Shown here piece after piece: positions 42,482 to 55,127 of a stretch of 64,000 nt of DNA (positions within the stretch are counted from its first letter, which is position 1; each line of letters begins with the position of its first letter). Location of the stretch: assembly GCA_040357565.1 (NCBI GenBank), contig JBDODJ010000060.1. One strand, given 5' to 3'. The position numbers and the translations under genes are program-made. The notes under the pieces are model-generated. The model saw nothing but the letters and a program-made list of their open reading frames with translations. It did no database searches and was not told the origin of the DNA. Source of the stretch: Cercozoa sp. M6MM. Taxonomy: Eukaryota > Protista > Endomyxa: Ascetosporea.

Positions 42482-45400
42482 CTATGTTTCTTCAGCTTTC
42501 TTCTGATTTTCGCGCCGCTGCTTTAGCAATGCCGAGCGCACTCGGTCGTCCAACCGCGGCCAAAACAGTCGCCGAACGTGTTCGCATGCGAAGGCAGGTC
42601 TATTAGAATCAATACGTGTTTAAACAGAAAGCAATACTATGCGCAAGTGTACATGTTGGTCAGCACGACGAGTAGCACGAGGAACAGCCAAAAGGTGCCG
42701 CCATTGTACAACCGATGAGCAAGCCCAACACTCACAGGAAGAAGCGAGGTGAGGTGCGAGTAGCCCGCCGTCCACACAAACCACAGTGCCGCGGAGGTGA
42801 ACAAAATCGTGGCACCAAACCATGTCACTGTGTCAGTCATTGCTACGACAGTAAACGGTAAGATGACTCAACTCAACACACGAAGAGATAGGGTGCAATG
42901 GCAGGGTAAATGTACTGGCGATGCGAAGTGACACAGCCATAACAACGGTGCCATAGACAGCGGTGCCAACGACAACGAGACCTTCCTGTCGTCCATCGTC
43001 TCTGACAGGGTCACGCATGTTGAACGTGAACATGGCGGCACCGAACACGAGTGCCGACACAAGGAGTCCCTCCAGCCAGAACACAGCGAGACGCGGCAGC
43101 GACAGCGTGTTGCACGAGGCCGCATAAAGGAAACGCCTCACCCGCGATGTGTTCCTATGTGAGTGAGTTACTTTCACAGCCAAAACGAAGGGCGATACTC
43201 CATCTATGCTTACCGTTGAGCAAAGTGCGTCGTGACGGCGTACAGCGCCGGAATGCGCAGCAGCGTTGTGGCCGAGAAGGGTCGATTCAGCACTGCCGCC
43301 AGCATGCTTCGCAACAGGTACAGCGCATTGTTATATGCCAACAGTACATACAACAAACATAGTGCGGTAGTACACGGGCAGTGCCGTAAAGATCATGTTG
43401 AACACCGAGCCAGCAAACGGCTACAACACATGCCAGTAACTGCAAAAGGGATCGTGCACAAAGTGCAAGTACCTCAATGAGCCACTGGCCGCTCCACGCA
43501 CTCACCAAGGCGAACCACTGCGTTTACATATCGCTCTTGACTTCCGCACGGACATAAAAGTACATAAACACGAAGAGACTATACCAGGTTGCACATGGTG
43601 ACCCCGACATTCTTGTAGAACGAGTAGCACACTAGCGTCTGTTAAGAGGGGGGTGTGAAGGGTAAAGGAGTAAATGGGAGGGGGTAGATACAGTCATTCG
43701 ACTCAGGTTCCACTGACCATGCACCAACAGCCTACGGGGGGGGGGGTAATAAGACAGGAGGGGGCTTGGGCTAAAGTGAGAGGAAAGCCACAGTCGGCAC
43801 AGGAAGCGAAACTGTGCAAAGGCGTAGTCCGAGTTGAGTGCTGCCTGCAGTCCCTCCCGACCGTACAATCCCACGCCCACATGTGCTTCTGTCCAGAGTC
43901 GGGGAGATAGCGCCTAGTAGGTGAGAGGGTGGTGGAGAAGATACCCTTGATCATGGCGACATCGTTGGCACCGTCTCCAATCGCCAGTGTCACTGCCGAT
44001 CGGTCGCACCGCGATCGCACCAGTTTCACAATCTGCGACTTCTGCAGCGGTGACACTCGGCACACCAGCACCGCCCTGGGGGGGGGGGTAAGGAATAGGA
44101 GGGTAGGTACAGTAAATTTACCGACAGCGCAGTGCAAGTTTGACAAGCAGTGTCTGCAGGTGATGATGGTGACACCGCACTTCCTCCGTGTCCTACTTGC
44201 ATTGTGCCTCCTATCAATCCCTAGAAAAAAGAAGGGGTCCAACTCTACCACATTGCGCCCGTCCTCAGTGTCGACGACATCTTCGACATCGCTTTCCGTC
44301 TCCCGCATTATCACTGCAGATCACGAGATTTAACCCTCCACAATATCCTGTCCCCCTTATACCCCCCATACCCTGGAGTGCCTTGCCGTCGAGAATGAGC
44401 GCCAAGTCATCGACAGCGGCGATGCCGCGTGCATCAAAATGCGCATGGTCCTCGACGAAATGTTCGTTGTTGTTTTCGTTGTTGTTTTCGCTGTTGTTTT
44501 CGTTGTTGTTTTCGTTGTTGTTTTCGTTGTTGTTTTCGTTTGGGTTGTTGTTTTCGTCGACGTCGTTGTGGCCGGCGAGGTCGTCGTGGTAGACGGCGTG
44601 CACGTAGTTCTGCAGTTTACGCGACAGCACGGCCGGCAGCTCCTCCTCCGAGTAGCCTACGTTTTCACTCCTCTTTCACCCCCTTCTCTCTGTGGACAAT
44701 TCATACTGTACCAACAGAGGTGAGTTGCAGGAAGCCGCGCTGCCGCATTTTCGGCGTCAGAAGTGACGCACTCAGCGCCACGTTGATCGCGGTTTCGACC
44801 TTATCGCCTGGCACAATGGGACGTTCGTACAGCGGTCCATCTGGACAAAGACACAGCAGCCTTAAGAGTCAGTACCAGTGAGGACCCAGACACGCATGTG
44901 TGCCCGGCGCAGAGTACGCAATGTCTGCGGCACGCCGTGTTGCAGTCGATCCTCGATGCCGATGACTCCGAGCAGTGTCAGGTCGCGCTCTGTGCGCGCG
45001 TAAAGCGCATGCATGGCCTCCTCCTTGTCCGTATGGTCGCTTACTGCATACCATATACTATATAATTTATATACACGCATTTATAATTTATGTAGATACT
45101 GAATGATACACAAGATAGCATTGCGTTGCTCAAAGAAGCGAAGCACTTCGTCGGCGCTCAGACTGCGATAGGCGCACACTCTGCACCGCAATAAGTGAAC
45201 CGAACTGGCGTCAGTGTCAAAGGCAAAAGGAAAAAACTGACAGGGTGCGCAATCCCCTAGCAGCGTATTGGTGCAGTGCGACAGAACAGTAGCGTTGTTT
45301 TCGCTGTTGTTTCAGCAGCGGCAGCAAAACTTCGTCAGCGCCCTTGCTCATCAGGAGAAAGCCGAACTGCGGGTGCTGCAGCAGCACGCTCATTCGTTTC

Positions 45401-48400
45401 CTGTCCGACGAGAACTCTAGCACAGCCAGTGTCTACACAGTGGCAATTTGTCTAACACACTCTGTTAAACAGACGAGGACCCCAAAAAGTACCTGCACTG
45501 TGACTGCCTTGTCACCGTGCTGGAGATGCAGGATAGAAGCGTCGACAGACACACTGTCGTTCAAGGAAACGACAACGCCCTCCTCGCGCTTCCATAGGAA
45601 CATCTGCACGCGACACGCGAACTCCACCAGTGCGTGTTCGTCTGGTGAGTCCTGAATTCCAACACAAATTCCTCTCCGCTCCAGTTTGAGTCAGTCAAAA
45701 CTGCAGTTTCGTCTTTGTTTTACCGCATCAAAGCGAAAACGGCCTGTTTGCGCCAATTTTGCTGCCTGGACACAAAAGCAGCTTTCACTCGGTCTTTCAC
45801 AACAAAGAACAGTTCACACACCTGTGTGGGTTTCTGTAAATCACTAGCACTGGTGATGTTGTCGAGTTCGTCCGCTTGCTTTCTGAAGAATGAAACTGAT
45901 CCAGTTGGTTTGGGAACAAGAAACAGAAACATACACTCGCAGTTGTTCCTGCTGCTGGCGGAAGAAGCGATCGCCAACGTCACCACCCCAGTCAAACACG
46001 TCGTGCTCCTCTTCTTCCATGTCAACTGGGGCGACCTGCCCAGTAAAAAATAAACTGAACTGTCTGGTCCAGTTGTACAGTTCAATGGACAGACGGCAGT
46101 GCTACAACTTCGGGGGTGACGGTGTGACACGTGCCCAGTAACAAAAGGAACTTGTGCGCCTTGTCACGTTGCATACTATGCCACACTAGGCGAAAGTCGG
46201 CGTGTCGGAACTCATCCTGTGGACCGGTCGTGTGACCATAGTATTGATACAATATGAAAGAGTCAGACTAAACTTACCAAGGGAGGCAGCTTCTCGCTTC
46301 GTGGAGGCACATTCCTCTCGTCATTTTGCTCTTGATTCTCTTTCTCTTCTTCTTGGTTATTCTCGTGAGTGCTCGAGCTTCGGCGTTTGCTGTTCGGTGA
46401 GGAGGGACCATATAGCACGCCGTCCACGGCACAGTTGAGCACCTCCATGTCGTTTCTCCTGCTCACAGCCAGCGCACACGGGCATGCACAAAAACCAAGG
46501 AAGCTCAAGGCTGACGCTACGTCAAAGTGCCGGTTTTGTCGGCAAAAACAAAGTTCACGCGACCGAGTTCGTCGCTGCATCGATCAAGTCAAGCTTTAGT
46601 ACAAATGCAACGAACACCTTGTCTGTATGGAGAAACCTCAAGTTGCTTGTGCGAGCGGCAGCAGGCAGGTCTCGTTCCGGGTCGTACATTGCTTCGTCGT
46701 TGTCCACCAGGACCTAAACAGAGATAGTGCAGCAATACAAAGGCCAGCAATATCGACAGTTACAGTTTATCGAACTTTGTGTGCCGCTCGTACGAGTTCC
46801 ATACTGACGTAGAGCGAGATCGGCACCAGTAAATCAAGCAGCACAACGAAAGTCAGCACATTCGTAATGGCGAGAGTTGCAGAGTCTTGTTCTAAATTCA
46901 CACTCATCGAAGAGACACCCCAGACTCTTCTTATCCGCACAATCGAGAAAGTGATACCTGCGTCGGAATCGGAACCAGAGTCAAGTCGCAAGTAGATATC
47001 CGTGTCTGCTCGATTGGCATCAAGCCAGACCCACTGACTGTACAGTCGAGTTATCACATCAGTCAGCGAAGAGAAAAAAGGAAGAAGAAGGTGCGATATT
47101 ACAAAACGAAAGCAAGCACACAGGCGGTCAGCAGAATGCCAAAGATGAACAACAGCGCCGTGTCGACGATGCGATCAGACACGGCGCGTTTCTGCCGCTT
47201 CATGCGACTATTGTTTCGCATGATTCGCGTGTCGTCGCCGACGTAGACAACGGCTGCCACCACCTGCACACACACTCGTACTGTCGACTGTCAAACTGGA
47301 CAGGAATCAATGCAACTAAAGGCAGAGGAGACCCAGGAAGTGTTGCGAATCGACGTGCCTCGCAGCAGCAACTGATTTATGTCGATTGGCACGTCCTCGT
47401 GACCTGGCATTCGCAGTGCACCGCGCCACGAGTGCAAGTCGGTGCCGGCATCCTCGCTGGCCACACGCACGATGGGCAAGTGCTCCATGTAGCGAGTCGG
47501 CGTGCTGCCCTCGAGTCGCGTGGTGAGCGAGATGCCCTGCTTTCTCTTCAGGTTGGTCTCACCGTCGAGGTTCGACGTCTCCACGTGACACACACCTGGC
47601 CTGCCCACGTCGGCCGCATTCGCCTGCAGCAGCACTGCGTCGGCAGGCACCGTGTCACCGTCGCGAATACACACGATGTCGCCAACTCGGACCATGTCGC
47701 GTCGGATTCGCCGGAAACTGCGCAGCCAAACAACTGTAATATCTCGTTTTTAACTCATGAAAAGCAAAGTTGTACCGCTTCACTTCGTGATTCCAAGTCA
47801 GAATTGGAGTGGCATTCTCCACGCTGTCTTCGCGGTGTCGTTGCACATCCTGCGGAACAAAAAATGGCGCCAACTGACGTCCAGAACTGCCAGAGGTTAA
47901 CTAAACTTAAAATGATACCTCTATTCCTTCTTTCACTGCACTAACCGACAACACGAACAAGAGCGGGAGAACTGACTACCAAACAAAAGCACCTCGCAGT
48001 AGCTTTAATTTCGGGCCGTTTCAGTTTGCTTCAGTCGGCTGAAAGTACCACAAGTGGCGATCGAGGCGAGTACGAAGTGAACGAAAGCGCCGTCACCATC
48101 AGAAAGTACAAGTTCGCTCTGCGATGGAACTGCTCGAAGAGGTTCTTTGGGAGAAAGTTCAGCAAGTTGTAGTGCGAAGTCTGTGCCACAATTCGCACGA
48201 TGCCATTGGAACTTGGCATCTTTTTGCCAGTTGGTACTTGGGGTATGGTAAAGATTAACCTTCACGCCGTTGCTATGCCTGCGGAGGTCGTCAGGTTGCC
48301 CGAATCGAAACCACGAACGCCACCCACTGACTTCAGATGAGCCAAGAGTTTAATAATATACTAAGGTGAAGCAAGTGGGGGCAAACGCTACCGACCTGTG

Positions 48401-48491
48401 TCTTCTCAGGCTCTTCGAGGAGCCGGTTCAACTCCCGTTCCCGTAGCTCATGCCGTGCTCCTCGGGGTGCTAGAAACACGTGCGAGAGCAT
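42482..48491 (-). CDS. P4-type ATPase (phospholipid flippase)
   Basis: [97 protein letters not shown]. Confidence 0.97.
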
Positions 48492-48910
48492 AGAATCCGC
48501 CACAACCGACGCACAGGTGTGTTTTCTTGATTAGACCTTCCCAAAATGGCAGTCATTCATTTCAGTTTTACTCTGGGAGAGGAAACGCCAAAAAAACGAG
48601 TGCATCCGTTGGGCTCTAAAAGCTGTTGTGGGTTTTTAGAAGATTCAACGCACATGACAAAACAGCACCCTAGGTTTGTTTCCTTGTGCTTGATCCGTTC
48701 TCCGCGAGAAATTCCCGCAACAGGTTCAAACTGAGGTGGCGGTGGCGCGCTTCGTCAACCAGAAAGGGGACGTTGCCAGTCGCGCGCAAGAAGCTGTCGT
48801 GTTGAGGGGCAGGATTTAATTGAGTCGAATCGGTTTGAAACACTGAGAAGAACTATTTCACTTTGGCACACTTATACTATAAGACTATTTCGTTGGTTCG
48901 AACGGCGAGC

Positions 48911-50808
48911 TTAGCAGCCGAGCACCTGACGCGCCTGCTGCTGATCGTTCGTGAAGGTGAAGGACGACACGAGCTGCGGCTTGTTGACCGGGTCAGCTGT
49001 CAAGAACGCAGTCATATAGACCACACATCTGGGTGTACACACCTGGTGTACATGTTGTATACCAATGGAGGGCGCCAGTTCCAACAGTGCGTGCATCTTG
49101 TCGGCACTGCAAAAAAACACAGATGAACACGGTGAAAGGCGGCAGGAAGATACAGAGATGAACATGGAGCGGAGCAAGCGTTACCTCATGCTGAAGAGAG
49201 CGAGGATCTGCTGCACCTGCAGGCAGAGGAAGAGACTGGAGCCCTTGCCAGAACGGAGTGCGTGGAACTTGTCCGTCGTCATGGAGGCACTCGCGATGCG
49301 TTGCAGCAAGGCGTTGAACGAGTGCGCGTCCATCACGGTCGGCTGCTGCGGCATGCCGCTGCTGCTGCTGTTCATGTACATGCTGCTGTTGTTGCTGTTG
49401 TTCATGGGCATGCTATTGTTCATGGGCTGCATTGGTTGTTGCATCGGCTGCATCGGCTGCATGGGTTGTTGCATCGGCTGCATAGGCTGCATCGGCTGCA
49501 TGGGTTGTTGCATGGGCTGCATAGGCTGCATCGGTTGCATGGGCTGCATCGATTGCATGGGCTGCATCGGTTGTTGGATAGGCTGCATGGGTTGCATGGG
49601 CTGCATGGACTGCATCGGCGGCTGCATAGGTTGCTGCGGCTGCATCGGCTGCATCGACTGGGCAGACTGCGCCGGACGAGCGTACACCGGCTTCTGCACG
49701 CTCAGCAGGTGGTAGGAAAACACCTCCCTGCACACAGATGCACGTAGACATAAACGTGTACATGTATATGTATAGACATGCGCAGAGATAAAAAGGCACA
49801 GCGTACCACGCCTGCACCTGCTGACGGTTGCACTCGAGCGTGCCGTTCTGCTGTGCCGACAGGAAAGTGTTGTGTGCCACCGACTGCACAGCCACGCGGC
49901 CCTTGCCCTGGATCAGCAGGCGGAACTGCTCCCTGCGGCAGGCACACGGGTAGCCACATTGACCGCAGGTGCAGTGTGCTGTGTCCTACCACTCCTGCGG
50001 ACGGTCGCGGTTGGCCACGATGCAGCCATTCTGCTCGGCGCACATGTACTTGCCGTGGTAGGTCTTGATGTGCACCACTCCGCCTGGAAATACATCACGA
50101 AAATATACAAATAAAAACAAAAAAATACAGAAATACATAAAGAAATAACCAGAAAGTCAAAACACCGCCGATCGGGATCAGTTGCAGCTGCTCGAACTTC
50201 TTGGCGCGACTACGGTTGGCCACGGCCTCACCGGTCTTTTCGGCGCAGACGTACTTGCCGTGACTGCTCTTGAGCGTGATCTTGCAGGCCGACATGGAGA
50301 TGCCCCTGCGACAATACACAATCAGAAACGTCAACCGGTCACAGACAGAGTGATTGGACAGAAACGCCTACTGCGAAATCGACTGCACGAGGTCCATCTG
50401 CTGGCCCGAGGGCGCCGGAGCCGGCGCGTGGTGGTGCACAGTGTGGTGCGTCACCGTCTGATGCGAGCTCTTCTGGCTGCTGCCGACGATGGCGCTGCCG
50501 ACGGCGGCACCCACCAGACCGCCCACCAGAGCAGTGCCGAGGCCGTGTCCATCTGTTCCCAATCAAGTGCAGTCAAACAAAGTGCAGTCACAGTCAAATA
50601 CAATCCCTCAACACAACAGCACAGCACAGCAAGCCTACGGCGGTGTCCGTGACGATGTCCATGACGATGACCATGGCGCCCGTGACGATGACCGTCTACA
50701 GTACCAGCAAAGCACATCAACACAATGCAACAAAACACCACGGCAGAAAAATAAAACAATACGTCGTCGGTTGCCACCCCCAATTCCAATGTTCAAATTG
50801 AAGCTCAT
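48911..50808 (-). CDS. Modular protein: His-rich segment, glycine zipper, fascin/hisactophilin-like beta-trefoil, (PMQ)n tract, DUF4476-like C-terminus
   Basis: Spliced path [15 protein letters not shown]|HGHRHG…|[21 protein letters not shown]…|[12 protein letters not shown]…[12 protein letters not shown]…AHNTFLSAQ…WEVF…(PMQ)n…FNALLQRI…[10 protein letters not shown]…DPVNK…FTF. Confidence 0.8.
49425..49660 (-). repeat. Coding 9-bp tandem repeat giving (PMQ)n
   Basis: Directly visible; synonymous variation between units. Confidence 0.9.
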
Positions 50809-50988
50809 GTTTTGTGTCTAGTGTGCAGCAAAGTGTGTGTGCACTTCAATTGGACCAAGAGTGACCGGAAAGGCACAGGGAAGAGCCGCAGAAATTCTGA
50901 GCGAGCAGTATTGTCGGCTGTCTTATGCTCTTGGTCACCAGCGGCCGGTGGGCACTGGCCCAGTTTAATATCGCCTACGGTACGCTGT

Positions 50989-51102
50989 GGCACTGTGCTG
51001 GTAGACTAAAACTGGTGCTACTAAGCGCGATCGGCACTGTGCTGGTAGACTAAAATTGTTGCCACAACCGATCGCGAGGACGACACAACCGACCGCGAGG
51101 AC
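50989..51102. repeat. Two adjacent pairs of intergenic direct repeats (23 bp x2; 19 bp x2 with one mismatch)
   Basis: GGCACTGTGCTGGTAGACTAAAA at 50989 and 51033; CACAACCGAYCGCGAGGAC at 51063 and 51084. Confidence 0.9.
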
Positions 51103-51266
51103 AACTGCGGCAGTCCGGTGCAATTTAAATGCATGCTAACACAGGTACGCTGACGGTACGAATTCGAATAATTCACATCGGATTAACGTTGTTCCGTGCG
51201 GACGATTGGGCCGCATCCGGTACAATCGAATCAAACTGGGACTGAGCCGACATCTGCCAGTTGGCC

Positions 51267-54200
51267 TCATTGGGCAGCAGCGGCGCGCTTGGCGCGTTCC
51301 TCGCGCACCTTGGCGGCCTTCTTGTGCAGTCGCTTGGCAGCCTTGTCGATGGCCTTCATGACCTTGCGTCGGTCGCCCTGCGACTTGGCCTCATAGAACT
51401 TCTTGTACTGCGGCACGAGCTCGCACTGGTGCGCCAGCGCTCCTGACCGGTAGCATGCTGTCCATCAGCACACACACACACACACACGTACACACAAGTT
51501 AGTTAGTCAGAGAGGTTGACAGTAGTAACATAGATAGTAGTTAAGTGTGCGGAGTGCGGAGAGGAGAATAAACATACACTCGACGCGCACCAGGAGCTCC
51601 ACCGTGTCGCCAAAGAAGAGCGCGACCTTCTCAGCCTCCTTGAGGAAGGCCTTGTTCTCCTTGCTGAGCGAGTGACCCGTGTCACGGTAGTACTTGGCGT
51701 CGAACGACACGCGCATCGCGCTGAACAGGTTCGCCACTGTCTCGCACACCTGTGTGTGCCCAACATATCGTCCAACTACAATACAGACTAGATAAGGGGG
51801 TTTACCAGCAGGTCCGACGGACAGTGGCCGGCGCTGCCGTGGTCCTCGTCGTCCTCGTAGACCGACCGGCCCGGCCGCGGAAAGTGCAGTCCGAAATCGT
51901 CCTGCTTGGAGAAGGCCGTCACATGCCGACTGAACAGGGGGGGGGGGGNNNNNNNNNNNNNNNNNNNNNNNNNNNNNNNNNNNNNNNNNNNNNNNNNNNN
52001 NNNNNNNNNNNNNNNNNNNNNNNNNNNNNNNNNNNNNNNNNNNNNNNNCCCCCCCCCCCCCCCCCCCCCAAAACAGCAGGGCTACATTCTCGCCGGGCTC
52101 GTTGTCAAGCTTGAGCGGCGCCTTGTCGTCGCTACTGTAGCGCGACAGCGACGACGACGTGGCCCGCGACATCGACATGGACGTGTGTCGCCGCAGCGTG
52201 CCGAACGACGTGCTGCTCCGACCGGCTAATGAGCGCGTCGAGTTGCCTGTCTTGGGTGCACCTGCCAGACACACCGCCAGTGAACGTACTACCTAGACCA
52301 TGTACAGACAAGTCCAGTGTACCAGCCGAGAGACGCGAGGCCACGAGTCGCAGTTCCTCGCGCTGCTGCTCGCGCATGAGTTCGCGTCGCGACAGCGCCG
52401 GCGTGCGAAAGTCGGCGCCGATGGTGTCGGTGGCACCCCACTGCGCCGACCGCAGCACGAAGAGTTTCACGATCGACACCACCTGCAGCAGCGACGCCCA
52501 CGGTCCCTGCTCCGTCGAGAAGGCCGTCGCGCCCGGGAAACGCCGCTCCGCGCGCAGACGGAACAGCAGCGACAACAGGATCTGATTCGCCACGAAACGC
52601 GACTCCACGCGGTTGCCTGAAACCAAATGTAGAGTAGGGCAAGTGCAGGGCAAATGCAGGACAACTGTAGGACAAGTGCAGGGGGCGGGAACAATACCGC
52701 CAAAGTGCGACAACTCGTTGAGTGTATCGAGCAACAAACGCGGCGCTGTCACACCGTTCTTCACGTCCGGGTCGAAGACATACCGCACCTGGGGGAAGGG
52801 GTTAAATAGGAAGGGGGCTAGGATGGGGACACAGCCTACCAGAATGGCCGAAATGATACTGGCAAAGTTGATAAAGACTTGGCGTGCCTACACATGCACA
52901 CAGAGATCTTCCCACAGTAGAAAAGAAAAAAACAACTAAGGGAATACCGCATGCGCCTTCGTATTTGGGGCGGCGTCCTTGCCGGCGGCAACGTCGGCCA
53001 CGCGCACGTCCAGCAGCAGCGACAGTAGCGAGCGCAGCCAGTTCGTGTGCGAGATGAAGGCGTGACAGTTCTGCACCGACGTCATGAAGAGCGACGTCAT
53101 CTCCTTGAACATTGCCAGTCGCCTGCACACCTCAACGGGTAACAGGTGTAGCATACGGGAGCACAGGGGTTGCAAGGGGGAAAGGGGTACGTGTGGATGT
53201 CGGCACGACGCAGCAGGTGCAGCGCCGCAGTGAAGAGTCCAGGTGCCGTCACTTTGTGCGACGGCAGCATCTCGAGTCCACGTGCCTCGCGCTCCTCCTC
53301 ACTCATCGTGATTACCTTCGAGGGGAGGTATACAAGTAACCCTGCTGGACGGAAGGGAGTAAAACCTCAGGCTACCTGTTTCGGGTTCGATACAATGATG
53401 GGCAGCAGTGTCTTCAAGGCCAGGGCGCCCGGAATGTTCGTGTTGCGTCTGAGACAGTCCGTGAGCCACACCTGTACAGAGGGAGGGGGACAGTTGGTAG
53501 ATATGCGATCGGAGGAGCAGTGTCAAGGTTACCGTAGCAGTGGACACGAGGCCCTTTCGGTTCAGCATGAGTGCCCACACAGCACGCAGTGCGAGGTCTT
53601 GTGCCTATGGCAAGTATATATATATATATATGTATATTTATACACACATCTAGATCTTATATCTATACACTTATTTCTCTATATATGAGTATCTGCAAAG
53701 GGACAAAAGACACCTCCAAGTCCTCGGCCACCAGCAAGGCATTCTCCTGCGGCGCATTGAAGGCCGTGAACACAATGTCGATGAAGGGCGCCGTCGCCAT
53801 GATCTTGTCCAAGTACACCATGGCCTTGAAGTCCAGACTGTCGATCAGCGGCCGCACCGCACTCTCAAAGTCGTACCGGAACAAGTATCCCGGTGCAGAC
53901 ACTACGCACAGGGGGNNNNNNNNNNNNNNNNNNNNNNNNNNNNNNNNNNNNNNNNNNNNNNNNNNNNNNNNNNNNNNNNNNNNNNNNNNNNNNNNNNNNN
54001 NNNNNNNNNNNNNNNAGTGTACCACCCAACACGCACTGCAGGAACTCGGCATCCGAGTGAATCGTCGCACCAATCCATGTGCACAACGCCTGCGCTGTCT
54101 TGTTGCCTGAGGGGAGGGGAGGGGGTAAGCAGGGATAGAGCGGGATCGATATATTATAGATATATATATAGATACTTTCCATATAGCATAGACATAGATA

Positions 54201-55127
54201 GATAATTATATATATATATATATATCAAGGGAAGGTACCAGCCTCGATAGGCTTGCGAATGAGACGCGCAAAGTGCGCCAGAACAGTTGTGGATCGACCC
54301 ACCGTCAGCGTGATATCCAGCTCTTCGCACATCTGGGAGAGGGAGGGGGTAAAGGGATATGGGGGAAATAAAGGGTATGGGGGGAAGGAACCTGTCCGAA
54401 GCGCCGCGCATCCTCGATCGAGATGCCCGTCTTCCGAGGCGTTTGCACCTGTGACGCGGGGGGAGGGTAAGGATAGAGCTGGGGAGGGGTAAAAGGCACC
54501 TGTGCCCGCTTGGCGCTGAGCGGCGTCCCGCCCACCGATCGCGGCGTCGTTCGGCCCGTGGTGGATCTAGGCGTCGATTTCAGCGATGTCTGCCTCTGGG
54601 GGGGGGGGGGGGGAGGAGGGGGGGGGGTGGGGGGTGGGAGGGCAAAAACTACCAGTTCGGCCACCGTGGGAATACGCACCGGCGGCACAGGTCGCGGCGT
54701 CGACGGCGTCAAGGGCGACGCACCAGCCTCGCCGGTCATTGCTGTTGTTTTCGGTGACGTTGTTGTTGTTTTCTCTGTTGTCGTTTCTGTCGGCGTTTCT
54801 TGCGGCTTTTGTTCACCGGCCTGCTTAGACGGCGGCGGACAGGCTGAGGTGCACAAGATTTAAGGAACACGAAGAGTTTAAGTAGGCAAGGTTAAAGGGG
54901 GAAAGGGGTACGGTTAAAGGGGGCAAGGATAAAGGGGACACAGAAGAACTTAAGAGGGCCAAAATTAAAGGGACAGAAGTACACGGAGGTCTCGGCGAGT
55001 GTCGCGGCGGAGGCGGTCCCTCCTCCTTGTCCTCGTCGTCAACAGGCGGCGGCAGCACGTCCTCGTCCTCGTCCTCGTCCAGCGGCAGCTGCAGCGGCGG
55101 CGGCGGCGGCATCAGCTCGTCCGCCAT
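51267..55127 (-). CDS. Large alpha-helical (ARM-like) protein with a Pro/acidic N-terminus and a basic C-terminal helix; family uncertain; spans two gaps
   Basis: MADELMPPPPP…; many GT-AG exons with amphipathic helices (e.g. NCHAFISHTNWLRSLLSLLL); ends …KVREERAKRAAAAQ*. Confidence 0.7.

Noticed and set aside
49065-49747. Cys-rich (GCI/GCM) metallothionein-like and His/Leu-repeat ORFs on +
   Set aside because: Antisense shadows of the (PMQ)n coding repeat
50989-51102. CRISPR-like repeat-spacer array
   Set aside because: Only two copies per repeat, eukaryotic context, no cas genes
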